Shown here piece by piece: positions 35,338-50,300 of a stretch of 64,000 nt of DNA. The notes below the pieces were generated by a model. It ran no database searches. It worked only from the letters and a program-made list of their open reading frames with translations, and had not been told where the DNA came from. This stretch comes from Phoronis australis. Taxonomy: Eukaryota > Animalia > Phoronida. Positions within the stretch are counted from its first letter, which is position 1. Each line of letters begins with the position of its first letter. The DNA lies in the NCBI GenBank assembly GCA_002633005.1, contig NMRA01000170.1:503007-567006 (forward strand), written 5' to 3'. Made by a program: the position numbers and the translations under genes.

Positions 35338-38300
35338 GTAAGTTTTTTCATAACAAATATGAAACTGCATATTTGTTCCAGTTACCTTTTGTTATTACGT
35401 GGTATGTTGGTATGTGGTTATTACCAAGTATGTTGCCGCTTTATGTTTGTTTTTACTTGGCGAAAAATTTTTGCCGGTCAGTATGTTGCTCAGATACTAA
35501 GTTTTTTTCATGTGGAGAATTTCTCGCTTACACTGGTCACCACTCTGATTCCCTATGCCCCAGACAACTTTTATGATGCCTATTCCGCACGCCCTTTTTA
35601 ATGTAGAACGGACGTGAAAAGTTAGTACACCCAAATTGTTATCACTTTTCCAAGTCACCGATTAACCATTGGCTGATATATTTCCTCATGCCTTACAAGT
35701 TTTCTGCTTGAGTACCAGATCATTGAGTCAGTAAAAATGCTTGATTTGTGTTGAGGGTCACCTCTCAGTTTGAAAGTGGCAGTCTAGATCAATGGCTCTT
35801 GTTGACACCAATAATATGAATGCTATTAATGAAAAAATCTGTTATGTATCGGACCAACTAGAAGATAACAATTTTGAATGAAATTTATGATAACTAATTA
35901 GAACAGTCGATTTTCCAATTTTCAGAAGCTTAATGTTTTGTAGAAAAAATCCACTTGCTGATGATAGCAGTGATACAGTATCATGCTAACAGTGAAAAAC
36001 ATCACGTTTAATTTTTTAAAAAATACCATACATGGGAATTTTAGTTTTAATTTGGCTACTACAAGGAATGAGGAGGTAATACACATTAGTTTGTGGTGAA
36101 CAAGAAAAAGGGAGGTTAATTTTTTTCATCACAGTAACCTCATGGTTCCAATTAAGTTACTGTAAAAATAGTGAATTGTTCATACAAGACTACTTTTTGT
36201 TGTCTGTCAATGTTTTTATTTGTTGTTAGTTTATATGTATGGGCTTTTATGAGATTTCACCTCATTGCCAGTACTAGATGTTGAAAAGGCCCCATATTTA
36301 TTCAGTGAAAGAAAAGGGATATTTGGGATGCTCGTATAATTGTTAACTTTTTAGTATTGCTATGAGTCATATCATGATTCTGTGTTGAAATTTAACTACA
36401 TTTTTGCAACATTGGCGCAGTTTTATTGTGATGTACATGAACTTTTTCCCGTTTTTAACCAAAAAATTTATCCAAGGCTACCATGTCGAAATCAATCTGC
36501 AAAGATATTTTCAAGTCATATTTTGCGTATTAATAATAAAAGTGCTTTTTTCGAATTAGGTCATGCCTCTTTTGTTTTTTGCAGATGTCTCCTACATTTT
36601 TCTTGAAGGTCACACATGAGTGAACTAATTGATTTCTGACAGAATAAAACAATGAACTTATTTGTGACATTTTATTTGTAAAATTTCATTATTTAAACTG
36701 CCCAGTTGATCAGCACACAATCTCTTTCAACTCATTTCAGTGTTGCGGAGGACTTCCAGAGTCACAGCCAGAGTGCACTTGCTGACCTGGACCATCACCT
36801 AGGCAACCCGATCAATTCCTACCTCCTTATCAAAAGATTTACACGGGACTGGGCTCAAGTAGAAAGTCTCATTCGCGATGGTCCAGTTGTTGGTAATGTA
36901 TGGCACTCTCTTACTATCGTATACTTTCCCTATTGTACACTTTCCACTTTCGCAGGAACTTAATTATCCGAGATTTGAGTCCCACTTGTTCTTATTCTTA
37001 TTTAAACTAAACTGCACTACGTCACCATGATGTACCGACTAGCTTCAAAATATACCAAACGAACGATGTATATCAATTTTAAGTTGCTGCAAAATCGTTG
37101 AACAGTTCGAAAATATACACAATCTGCAAAACTTATCAACAACAATCTCAAATTTGTTTCTTAGTGGCCATGTTCAGGAATGTTACTGGTTTTTAGTGCA
37201 TTTTGAATGTAGCAAACTTGTGTTTTGGGGGCCTAAGTTATCCTCAAGTCAAACCTACTGCGTTTTAACATTAACCAGTCAGCTAGCTGTATGAAGACTA
37301 AGAGCGAGGAACCGCTGCAGGCCCGTAGCCAGGGGGGGGGTTCGGGGGGTTCGATCGAACCCCCCCTCCGATGAAAAGGTCCAGCCCTAGCCTATCCGAT
37401 AGGATTAGATATGATTTATATGGACAACAAAATTGTTGTAGCTGCTAGTTTTACTAACCACAATTATAAGCAAGTTGGCATTAATTTTCAATTTGATTCC
37501 GATGTAAAGCGCTTCACATAATCATCGGGTCGTATCCGGGCCGTGTGGTGACTGGGTAGATGACGATCAGAGGAGGCTTCATGTTAATCATCGGCATTGA
37601 AAGCGCGTGGTCTCTACGTCACCATGGAGTAACACGGGAATCTACAAGTAAATGTCTATACCTAGCCGAAACAATATAGCATTGAGAGAGCTGCCCAAGC
37701 CAAAGGTAGTGCGGTGTGAATGCCTTAAAATCGACCAAAAAATAAAACAGCAGAAAATTGGTTTGTTATTTGCTACTTTGGTGTTACTTTTTAGCATAGT
37801 AAGGATGAAGTGCAGGCATTTCCAAATTTCGAATTGAAAGTGATCGTCAAATATCTTGTTCATCAAGTGTCCACTTTGATTGTGGATTGGTGGATTGACA
37901 TGCATGCGTGTACACGTGTGTGCTTTTCCGTTCTTTTAAATTCAGTACACGCCGACGGTAAGTTAATTGATTACTCTGTCGTTTCTCAAAAATCAGACAT
38001 TTAGCTACCGCGTTTTCTGCTCTGAGAAATCCCCGAATGTTCACATTATTAGGTAAGTCTAGACCTAATGAAAACGTTGATCAATGAAGAAAGTCTCTTA
38101 TCGATCAATGTCAATGGTGCACACCCTCGCGGATTTCATACGAGCAACAATCTCGATGTTAAAGATTTCCAAGGTTACATGGAAGGTTCACTGCTCCGAA
38201 GGTTCACTACCGATGTCACAATACGATTTTTGTATGAGGTAGACCAAGTGCAATTTTGCAATGACAAGTTATATCGTCTTTGGCAAACCAAGGCGTATCA

Positions 38301-41300
38301 TTTATTATACACGAGTGAGTGGAGGGTGTGAATGGATCTGGTGACCTAACAAAGATCACTCACTGAAGTGAACCTGGTCTATTGATAGTTAACTAAGTTA
38401 CTATAATTGCTACCAATATAGTTCCACTCTTGATGATAAGCAGAGCATGTAGACAGCAACTGCATGTACAATAAGTGTGTTGCGTATAGAGAAGCTTACT
38501 TACGGAAACATGACATAAAAAAGGAGTTAAGAATAATCCAAACATCCTCATGCAACTTACTTTTGTCTACAAACTGTGGTAAGCCAATTACTGACAGAGG
38601 TTGACCGTTATTGGCAACATAGCAAGATTTAACAGGTTAGACTTCTACCTAAACACATTGGCCTATCTTGTCAGTCCATAGACGGATTTAGGGGGAGGGC
38701 CCCCCCTTGGCTGCCGCAAAAAATCAAACAGCAAGAGCGTGAGGAAATGTTTATTGGTTAACCCCGGTAAATAACATAGGGCTGAAAGAAAATTTATAAA
38801 ATGTGTGCAGTTTTAGTTTGTGTTTGCGTGTATGAGGGGGGGGGGCTCCGGCAAACCCGATTTCAAGTGTCTGATTCAGACCGGCGCAATCGCAACGGAA
38901 CTATGGCCAGGTAATGGCGATCCCGGTCGATATGTGTGTGATATCCTAGGCGACCGCCAATGGCGCTGCGCACTACCACTCCGTTTCTGTCGTCTGCTTC
39001 ACTGTTCTATGAAGAAAATTGCTTCATTTTTTATAATGGAGTAATGATGAAGAAACACAAGCTGCTGATAAGATGTAAATTTTAATCGAAGACTTAGTGA
39101 ATCACTCCGAAACTCATAATTCTATCTTTGTCATCAAACATTAAAATTGAGACAATTTCCAAAGCAATCGCATGGTTAATGCTAACAGGAAAAATGGATG
39201 TGGTCTTTAGAGCAACTGAAGACTATTTTATACGCAAATTTTGCTACGAATTGGTTGCGCAAAATATAAAGCGTGTGGCTAATATTGCTGTCATCTCTGT
39301 CTGGGCATACGTCGTCGGCGTCCGCAGCTTCATCTCCTAAACCCTGTGCAGGATCTTGATCAGATTTGGCATATTTGTTCCTGTGAATGCGGTAATGGAT
39401 GACAATGACTTTGACAGATCAATCTGACGCCTGCTGTTCCCCCTAGTGGCAATTTTAGTTTTTGCGGGTGCCTGATCTGTACTTGCGTAATTCTTGGATG
39501 GATTTTCATAAAATTTGGCACATAGGTTTCTATTATGATCGCAACGACATCTTTGACGAATGGCTGTTTTTCAAATTTTCGAGTCAGTTTTTTGGCGTCC
39601 GCCTTTCTATCAGCCAAAGCGCTTGAAGGATCATTATGAAAATTGGCAGGTGTGTTTCTGATGAAAAGACCACAGTTGACTTTGATTTTCCGGCATTTTC
39701 CGACTACTGTGACACCCAATAACCTTTTTCAGAAATTTTATGAAATTTGGCAGATGTGTACCTATGGAGTTGACAACAGGCAATGACAATTTAGTGTCAT
39801 CCCAATCCGACAATTGGTGTGTCCCCTAGTGGCAATTTTATTTTTTTACGTTTTCCAGTGTATCTTCGGAATACATCGATGGATTTTCATGAATCTTGAC
39901 AAATAGGTTTCTATTAAGATAACGGTGCTCCCTGGTGGCAGTTTTAGCTCTTTACATGTATCTCTGGATCAGATTGTTCTAAAAACCCCTTGACCCCTAC
40001 ACCCTCCACCCGCAATCCACCTCGTCCCACAACCCCCTCAACCCACGACCCCCTTGACCCACGACGTGTGGCAATAGAGGTCTTTTGCGCTTTTTAGGTA
40101 TTTCATAATCTTATTACGTCACTGAGTGTCTCTCATAAGACATACCTACACGCGAGTCTGCTCTGGCTCAAGTCTGGTGATTAAAAACGGAAAGTGGCGT
40201 GATAACTTGATCTGAAATAGTACATTGTGAGCGCGCTATCGTCACGGAAATACTTCCACGAGCAGCTACCCATGGCTCAGTTCTACTAAACTCGGGAGAA
40301 AGTATGTTAACGTGAATATGAATAATGATACATTTTTGTTATTTGTTTTCTGTTATATACTCGTTTACAATATACTCTATATAAAGTTAAAATACTTTTT
40401 AGTTAACAGTTTGTTTTTTCAAACTGTATTTACTCATGAAATTGTTTTTTTTACTGTGATATATATTTATTGAAGGATACACAGAACATACAAAGAAATA
40501 ATAACAAACCCAGAAACCGCGAAGCATTATATCTGGGTTGTAAACAATTCATAAATGAAATTGTTGGTTCCTCCCACTCTCCGCAAAAAAGGTTGAATCT
40601 GCCATTTACTGAGGAGCAGAAGAGACAATTACACTCTGCCGGGAATGACATGTGTTAAGTTGGTTGGACTTCGATTTGATTTGACAGCGTTGTTTTTCTC
40701 TGTTAAACTTGCCGAATCGACTCTCTTGCAAAAAAACAGGGAAATGCCAGGCAAGCTAACAGCTCAACTCATTGGTCCTGCAAGTTGGCGCTTGTTCTAT
40801 GTTCTGATCGAGTGGAGCTTGTGAAGACTGGGTCGAGGGAGTTGTGGGTCGTGGGGGTAATGTGGGCTGTGTTGTCGAGGGGTTTTGGAACAATCCTTCT
40901 GGATCTTCAGAGTTCATCGGTGAATTTTCGAGAAAATTAACAAGTAAGTTTCTACTAAGGAAATGAAGATAGTTTTCTAGTTTTCGGACGATTTGATGTG
41001 TTTTGGCAAAACCTAATGACTATTTTTATTCTTTCAAGTCCGTTTTTTGTTCCTGATTGATAGGTTTCTATTAAGGCAAGGACTATTCCTTAATTTCTAT
41101 TTTCGGACGCACCTTGTCATTTTCATAATTTTAGCATCTGCCTAACTGCTCAGAGGATCATTATAAGTCGTTGCAGTTGTGTTCCTGATGAGAAGACCAT
41201 GGCTGACATTGATTTTTGGAAGGATTTGACACCTGTTGTAGTGATTGTTATTTTTGAGACCATGGCTACAGCTCCTTGATTATTTTGCATGATGTTTGTG

Positions 41301-44300
41301 AGCTTTTGTAGGTGTTTTCCTTTTGATGTGACAGTGGATCCCCATGACTTTTGAATGGCTCTAGCTGACTACCACCACGCCCTCCCCCCCCGTAGCAATT
41401 TCATTTTTTTACCTTTGCCGCTACATCTTCTGAGTTTTTTATGTTTTTAATGAAATTTGGAAACAGGTTTCTATTATAACAATGGCAGCATCTTTACAAT
41501 TTGTTGAATTTGACATATTCTGTGCCACCTATTGGCCATGTTAATTATTTCTGAGTCTGCTTTTTGCCGCCTGCTTCTGTATCCGCCAATTGAAACCGCT
41601 CTGAGGACCATTATGAAAATTTGCAGATATGTTGCTGTTGACATGGGAGCTACTGGCATGGATTTTTCAGATGGGTACAAGACCAGGTGGTGCTTCCGGG
41701 TGACATTATTTTCGCATCTGCGACTGTATCTTATAACTCCTTGCAAGGTCGCAATTTGTCAGGTCTATTCGTAATAAGTTGACGTCAGATAGACGGATTT
41801 GATTTCTACTTTTCCTTTTAAAGTCAATTCGTTTTTATGTCTGGCTAGTCTGTATATTTGGAGTTCCATGGTAGATTTTCCTGAAATTTGACAAAAAGTT
41901 TTGTAATAGAGGGACGACGACCTTTTTCCAGTTTCGGACAGGTTTGACGTATTTTGCGCCTTCTAATGGCCATTTTATGATACTTAAAAACATTAGAAGA
42001 CTACCATTTGCGTAGCAGTTGTGGCCACATATCAACGCTCTGCGTTGCTCTTATTTAATTTCATGATATTTGTTCATTTTTTATGGCAATGATGCATGTG
42101 CAAATGTTGGCGTTATTTGATTGGATGTAGTAGTTGATATTTAACAATGCATGTAGTAAGATAATGGTACTAATGTACTTGGCCGCTGTAGTAAAACCTT
42201 TCATAGAAGATGGTGGTAATTTAAATAAAATTTATTTGTGTGTTTTAAATGGATCGCAATCGCATTCACTTGTAGTATTGAGCAAACTCAATGTCCTACT
42301 GGTTACTGAACACTGTCTGTGTTGGGTAATTCTCGTGTTTGTTCCGTGAATGAGTGAGTGGAGAACTAAGATGCTGGTATTTAGCTGAGCAGCAGGAGTT
42401 CATCCGGGATTTCCAAAAACAGTGTTTCCAATTTCTCAGGGCGTCCATGACCAAATGACTCGTGACTAAGCTTTTATGACCTCGAGTCAAATTGCTGTTG
42501 TAGTGTAGTATCTTACTGTGGGGACACGGTTGGACACTGAAAGCTTTTGTGTCTTACATAGCTTCTAAATGAACTTTTTATTCTCGACATACCAATGAGC
42601 CCTCGCATCTAGTGCTAGCAAGTCAAAACAGACACTCGTGCTTTTTGCTTACCTTACTTGAGTGTCCAAATGCTGAACAGGGCGCCTTAGCTAGAATGTC
42701 TAAATTTGAACCAAGGTGTGCATTTGGATCCCCTGGACGCTGAAGGCCTCATTGCTGAGTAGTTTACGTTTTTTGTTTTTGTTCCTTGAAATTAGCAAGT
42801 GCACACCAATGGTTTTATTTAACGGTGAAAAATGTCCGTCCGAGATAACCAATGATCTTTATTTTGTTCCCTTTAACGATTAGTATACTGTAAAGAATAT
42901 TTTTTTTCTTTACAGCAAGGAAATGTTAGAAAGGCTCTTATTTTGACTGATGAGCTCCTAGCTATTGGTAAGTGGCTCTGTTCATGGCATGAGGATTCTG
43001 AATAGTTTACTCAAAGTTATGTGAGACCTTATGGAGAAGTCGGTACTTGCAGAATAAAATTTACTCAGTAAAAGTATATGTTTTATGTTAGTAGAAATTC
43101 TGTAGAATTTCATTTTGGCTTTATAACTACTTGCATTAGGTCACTTACTTTTGAATAAAATTTAGTAAAAAAGAATGGTACATTCTTAGCAAAACAACAG
43201 GATGGATAACGTGACCAAATTTTGTGTGAATTGATATTAATGTTCAAGATAAAATCACGAAAACAGTCTGCTACTAACAGTTTTCTAAATTATTTGTTCC
43301 ATTCTTGTTTGATGCAACATTGATAGCCTCTGAGCACCTCATGCAAAAGTGGAACATTTTTAAGGTAATTCCTAGCAGCTCTTTAAGGAACACTATATAA
43401 AGTATAGTGCTTCAATGTTTGATATGTTAATCCAATAAGCAATTTTGAGATACCCGGTATAATGTTCCGAATTTGGTCAAAACTGTACATTTTTCTAGGA
43501 TTCTACATGACGTTAATAACCTGTATGTTGTTTGATTGCACCCGCTTATTAAAGTGTTCAAAATCTATTTAAGGCACTTTTATCTTGGATTTGACTATCA
43601 ATGACAGTTTTGTGTTTGTATAATTTATATTGTGATGATGGTGACTGATGAATATTCATGTTGAAATAATTGCTGCTAAGAAAGCATTTTTGCTTGGCCC
43701 CATTAACACAATTTTGACTGTAATCCGTATGTAGAGCTTTCAGAGAGTATACACTAGACACGTACACATGCTGTTATCATTGATCTGATACAGGGCCTTT
43801 CCGGGTTTGGGTCATCAAACAAGTCTGATAAGTTTGTGGAACTGTTGACAGACATTCAAATCAGCTGATATAAATTACCGCTACCTCCCACAAAACTTGG
43901 CCAATTTTTGTGGGGAAAAGTTCTATTCCCAAATTTTTATGAGGAATTTAAATGTGGACTTTGTTTCCGTCCACAAAAATAGCGACAAATTAAATCAGAC
44001 GTCTTAATTGTTTTTGCTACTCGTGTCTTAATGCTGTCGAATTAAAGAGAAATCTAGGTGAAGGACTTGTGGTTTTCTGAGCATCCAGAGTTGCCTGCCT
44101 GCCAACTCTAGACGGACCATCACAGCATTGTAATGTTATGCAATTTCTAAATTTGGGTGTGGATGTTAGGTAGAGTTGTAATCTTTCTGCCATTCGTGAA
44201 CAGTTAGAAACGTTGTGCGAATCTCTTGGATTTCCGCCACACAACAGTGGCAATTTAACAACACGACGATTGGAAAAATAAAAATGCCAAGAATTAGCAG

Positions 44301-47300
44301 GAGCACAGAACGCTTTCCATCGGCTATTCTGCTACCATTGAGTGACGACGTATTTTGTAATATTGCTGCTGTATCGTGAAATGGCTATTGAAATCAGTGT
44401 GGATTTTGTTTGCTTTGTACCCACTTTTGAACACAGCCGGCTAGGCTTGTATATGCACTTCATAATTTTAGTATTTTCTGTGTGTTTTTTGATCATTATA
44501 CATTATTGTCTCTATCTCCATAAAACTTGAATGTGAAGAAGGAATACACCACGAGCTTTATAAATTCTCACCAAATTTGGACACAAGATGGCAGTCAAGT
44601 GGAGTTTTACTTTTTTCGTTCAAGACAAGATGTGCCAAATAAATGCTTCTAAAGTTCTTTGCTAGCCTACGTTAAAATGATGATGTCTTGAGAAATATAA
44701 TTGTAGCCGTTCACAGCTGTTACAATATTTGAAAAATGAAAGTATGCTTCTCTAGTTCGTGAATATCTTGGTCATATTTATTATTTTAGCTACTATTGTA
44801 TAAGAGAATGTTGGTGTGGTGAATGCATTTTATTACATAAATGAATGGAAGAAAAACTGAGTGTGCAATGACCGTCATAATTTGCTATGACTGATGTCAC
44901 AATTTTGTTACTACAGTCATAATTCTTTCAGTTCCCGACCACGAGAGGGCGCTGGAAAACAAACGTTTCTACGAAACAGTCATTGCACAGCAGGAGGCAC
45001 AAGCGGAAAAGATAGGAGATGGCCTTCCAGTGAAGACTAACCAAAACAAACGGCAACTGCACGAGTACATGAACTCGCAGGAGCTTTTCAACTATGAATC
45101 GTTGTGCCGAGGGGAAGATGTTATTGTGAGTCTTTCAAACTGCTGAGTGCTTGTTATATTCTCTGGTCCTCATCTGCTGTAATTTTCATGCTTAGACTGC
45201 TATTAGTACTGCAATCTTGAATTTCACACAAAATTATGCGCAAATTGATGCGAGTTTTGTAAGGCCGATTTCATTTCGGTTAAAATGCTCAAAGTTTTAC
45301 CAAAGTGAATGCTTTTCTTCATAACAGTGTGCAGTACAAGGTGCTCATAATCATGTAAAATAATCAATGTTTCTTTTGTTGACTAATTTTACAAATTAAA
45401 ATTACACTCCCGTTTGCCGAACTGTGTTCTAAATTCTAGAGCATTTCCATTGGAAATAAATTACTCCCTTTTGATATCTGTGTTCTTGTATCACTGTGAC
45501 TGTCTCCATCAGCCCAACCCAGACGTTCGCAAGCTGAAGTGTTTCTACACACACAAGAACAATCCCCGACGCTACCTGAAGCCGTTCAAGGAGGAGGAAG
45601 CTTACCTCAACCCACGAATCGTTATTTTCCATGATGTCATCTCTGATGATGAGATAGATCTGATAAAGAAAATGGCCGAACCCCGGGTAAGCAGATGTCA
45701 CAATTGACATAGCAGTTGCACAGCATATGGGCTGTCAGTTGTTAGTAGTTGATAAACATATATATTGTAATTTCCATATTCTTAGTTTTCAGCCTTCTGC
45801 AGAATTCATCTGCATTTGACACCATCAATTGTACTGTCTGTATTCTGTATCTTAAAAGCTCAGACTTGCTGTATTTTATGTATTGCTGAAAAGGAATTAT
45901 TAGATCTCATCAAAAGCAATTCTAACTAGAAAGCACTGAGTCATAACTTATGATATCAGACTGTTTACACATGCACACATAGAACAAAACTTAAATAAAC
46001 TTCAAAACTTCACTTGGCAAAATCAGTGAAGAAATGCACTGTAAAGCAGTGACATCTGTTCACGTGTACTTGGGTGTGCAGCCTAACTATTGGCAGTTGT
46101 GGTTTTCACAATTGTTAGTTTGACAATGGTTCATTTTCCTAAATATAAATTTAATTAATTATATCCCATATGATGTTTTTACAAAATCAAAAGTGTTGTC
46201 TTCAGGACATCCATTGTTTGATAAAAATAGAGTAACGTTGCTGCTAAGTACAATCTCCTTGATTAACATTGACGGACTTTTTTTTCTTCGCGTTGAAGCT
46301 CACACTCTATAAAAAAATTGTCATTTCCTGGATTTTAAAGTTCATCAACAATCGTATGACATGTAATATAACATTTGAAGCAAAAGAGTTGCAGATTGTA
46401 ATATTTTAATATCATTTTTCTCTGGATACAGTGATGCTCAGTGGTTGTTATTCTAGAAGATAAGTTGTAACCTACTTTGCCAAGATAGTTCTTGCAGCAA
46501 GCTTTAAAACATTTTTCAGCTTATGCAAGGCACAGACAAAGAGTCACTAGCTCAAGTATCTGCCTCAAGTGAAAGATGGTTACCTGTAAACAGCCCGAAA
46601 AAATCTCAGTGAAATATGTCACTTTGGCTACTTCTTTCAGTTGGTTTCTTATTTTAACTCCTTACTGTGTGCCTCCTGTTTACTATGTAACCTCCTCTGG
46701 ATGGTGTCGTGTTAAATTCGCATGACTGTCATTGGTCAGTGAAGCTCATCAACCAAGTTCTTTGCACCAACCGCTGTGAGGATTTGGGTGCGCTTGGAAA
46801 GAAATCGATGTAATGGTCTACTTTCCTCACTGCCTAATGTGAGGAGGAATGCTCCCTGCAGTCCACTTAGGCGCAGGCATGAGTTGTTTGCTGAGGTTAC
46901 ATCCATTTGAGGTGGATGACTCTCTGTCTGAGCCTAGCTTTATACACTCTCTGGCATTTTTCATCCAGTTTTCATTATAAGTATTCTTACAGCTGCACCG
47001 TTCCATGATTCAAAATTCAACTACAGGAAAACGGGAGTTTGCGCCGTATCGAATCAGTAAGAGGTAAGAATAATGTATGAGTGAAGAAACCCTTGCGTGT
47101 AGACTTATATGTGCTTGTTAACGCATACTGCAAACTGTATATCTAGTAAGTGAAAAATTGAAACAATATATATACACCGGTGACCTAAAGTCGTGAATAT
47201 AAGCATAATAAGCAGTTGATTGTCATACTACCCAGTGCCCGTTTGCAACTGCTCATGTGATGTCATGGACATATATCAACCTTCACAAATATACGTGTTT

Positions 47301-50300
47301 TGACAATCTGAATCCTTGTTTCTACCCGTAAGCAGAGTTTTAAAACTGTCGCTGATGTCGCCGGCCATTTTGAATGAGGCCCTAAAGTCGTGAACGTTTC
47401 GTTTAGACGGAAATGCACCAAGTATGACCACACAAGTCAACTACAGTGCTTACAGTTACTCTAGATGACACAAAAATGCATTGCATTGTTTATTAATTCA
47501 GTTTCAATTGAAATAAATTGTTATAAGTTTTGCACCCAATTTTGATGTGCACAGACGTTTTCAATGAGGTTGTTCACGTAAAACGCTAAGAACCCAGCAC
47601 CAATTATCGCTCTGTATTTTATTGTTTTGGCCTTACAAAACTTGATTGACCCTGGGACATTTTGATACATTGTTCAAGCTAAACCTGGAGCGCGTTTGAG
47701 TAAATCTGAACGATAAATATTTCCGAAAATATATCCCAAAAATGCCCAAAAAGTGAATTAGTGAAATATGTTGTTTTTAAGATACATTTGAAAAAAGAAG
47801 CCACTCACTCACTGTTTGTTATCATATTGTGAATACGAACACGTCCGGGTATTCGTTTGACGTTCGTAAGCAGACGAACGCTGTAAACTTCAACGCCAGA
47901 TGTCGCAGGACCGCGCAGAATAGTAAATAAGATCGTTCACGACTTTAGGGCACTCACGACTTTAGGACCTCTGACGGTACACTCATCGGATTTCAAAGCA
48001 TGCATGTTTTTTCTTACCTCAACTTTTGCCATTGAAACATAAAATGTTTGTCACACTGTGTGATGTTGCATGACTAATGATAGCAAGCAGCCATTGGACA
48101 TACACAGGCCACATAGGTTGGGCCCATTGCACAAAACATCTTTAAGTTGAAATTCATGAGAACGGCCCTCATATGCATACAGTCATAAGGTTCTTCCTGA
48201 GAGCGGATGCAAAAATCTGTAGACGTGTTGGTCACATAAATGTGCTATTGGTGCTTGGCATTTGAACCAACTTACTGTTTACAGTTTGCATGCATCCACA
48301 CCCGCTGCTGCGTCTGGTCATTTCATTTGAGTACCTGAATGTTTCCATTTTTGCAGGTGGTACATTGTTTCAATGGCCCCACAGTGAGAAACTTGCTGTA
48401 AATAATCCCAGGATGGATTCAAACAAAATTTTACTATGAATGATTGTGCATTGGCATTGTGCTGGCCTGGGATTGTCAATTCCATTATCTATTCCAGGAT
48501 TTTTCTGGAAACATTCGTTCATGAGTTTGCTGGGTTTGATCATTTATTTAAAATCCACTGTTGGAGCATGAGGGATAATACGCTGCCTTTTGTGTTTATT
48601 GTTATTCTGATGTGATCAGCCCTTGGCCAGTTTATTATCTGTTTGAACACTGAGTGTATCTGAGAAGAGTGTTTTCCTGGTCTGATAACATTTGGTGACA
48701 TAACTTGCTGAGATTTTTTAATAGCATGAGACAAAACAGATTAATGAAAATAGTTCTTGTAAGAGCTTTTTGCAAAATGACTAGGATTTTGAAATATTGG
48801 GAACACAGCTTTTGTGAATTTTGAGCTGACCTTTGCCTTTGGCAGGCTTTCAAGCGTTCCTACTTTTACTACTTTTTCCTACTTTTTTGGTCTGTTCCTA
48901 CTTTTTCCTACTTTTTTCTCATTATTCTAAAACTCCGTCTAGGTTATGTTTTTGAGTAGTGAGTGGTCGTTTTAAGATATGAGGAACGGCACACAAAGGA
49001 CTTCCTCCAACACAAGCGATGCTTACCTAAAGACTGTGTAATTGGAGAGCCAGCAGGACTTCACACTTATGAGTGTAAAAGGTTTGAGTTCGTAATTCTA
49101 TTGTATCACCTACCATTGAAGGAAAGGGGAGTCTTTAAGTTGCACAATCCTGGGGTTAGGTCCATGGGTGATCCAAAAGACGACCCAAAATCCATTTGAT
49201 TAAGATTTTGAGTGCAACATCCGTTTCAAGTTTATTTCATTCAAATCACCACTCAAATTAAAATGATGCAACTTAAGACATGAAAATGCCTGGAGTTACT
49301 AAAATGCCTACTAATTAAGAAAAAGTTAACAATTAATTTCGACTTTTAAGTGCAACAAAATTTGGAACGTACGGCAATGTAGCCGGAACAAAGGTGAACT
49401 GAAAACGAGGTTGCAATAGCAAAGAAAACGCCTAAGGACACGTGACAATCATCAGCCCTTGAGAGCCAAGAGCTGACCAAACTCAAGGCACGTGACAACA
49501 GACCAATACGAAGGCTGAGAAAACGACGTGTATTGCTACACAGGGAATAATGGAATAGGCCGAAATGAGGAAGAGAAGGAGTAAGACGGGTCCATGTGCT
49601 CAAATAAATATATTTAACGAGTGAAATACCATTTATGATCGACATATGTCCCGAATAATGGATAAATGATACGTGCAAGCTCGTTACCAGAGATGAAAAG
49701 AAGACCGAGGTAGGCGTTATAAGGTCATTTATTATGACGAATAGAATTACAAGTAAATACAGTGAATACAGATAATAAAACTAAAATATGATAATCTGTG
49801 GTAAAATGGACAGGGACGCACGAAACGAGAGAAATGAAATGAAATATGTGTAGGACTACTTACAAGTGCTGTCAGCCGTATACACAACCCTAACTCCGGG
49901 TGCCAAACCGGAGGGGGAGGTACGATTGCCCATGGCTGGAACAGACGCCGGTATCTGTATTCACTGCATTTACAAGACCCCCAAAAATGAACTTGTATAA
50001 AAGAGGAAAAACTACAATTTTCATTTCTGCTATCGATAAAACATTATTTGAAATGAACAAAAATACAACTTCAGGCACAAAAATTTCTGGTGTTATTAAT
50101 GAAGACACTTATTAATGACCAATAAACGGTTTATTTAAAGATGTATTTGCATGCTCCAGTCTATGCTATTGTATAACAGGAACTAAATGACAACTCTATT
50201 TGAACACCATCTACGTTAAACAAAGTGCAAGTTGTAGGCATTGACAACTTATAAATGTGAAAACAACCTTTGCACTAATGGTCTACCTTGGAGGCTCACA

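Noticed and set aside
38452-38545. NCMYNKCVAYREAY...ELR resembling the missing DCFELGKVAYTEADY exon
   Set aside because: Far more diverged than any true exon of copy B, no convincing splice sites, and the FELG, W and LDYL residues are absent. Worth one profile search but not supportable by eye.
49378-49864. Solo LTR (TGTA...TACA, minus-strand AATAAA) inside the Academ
   Set aside because: No matching TSD seen and no second copy in the window.
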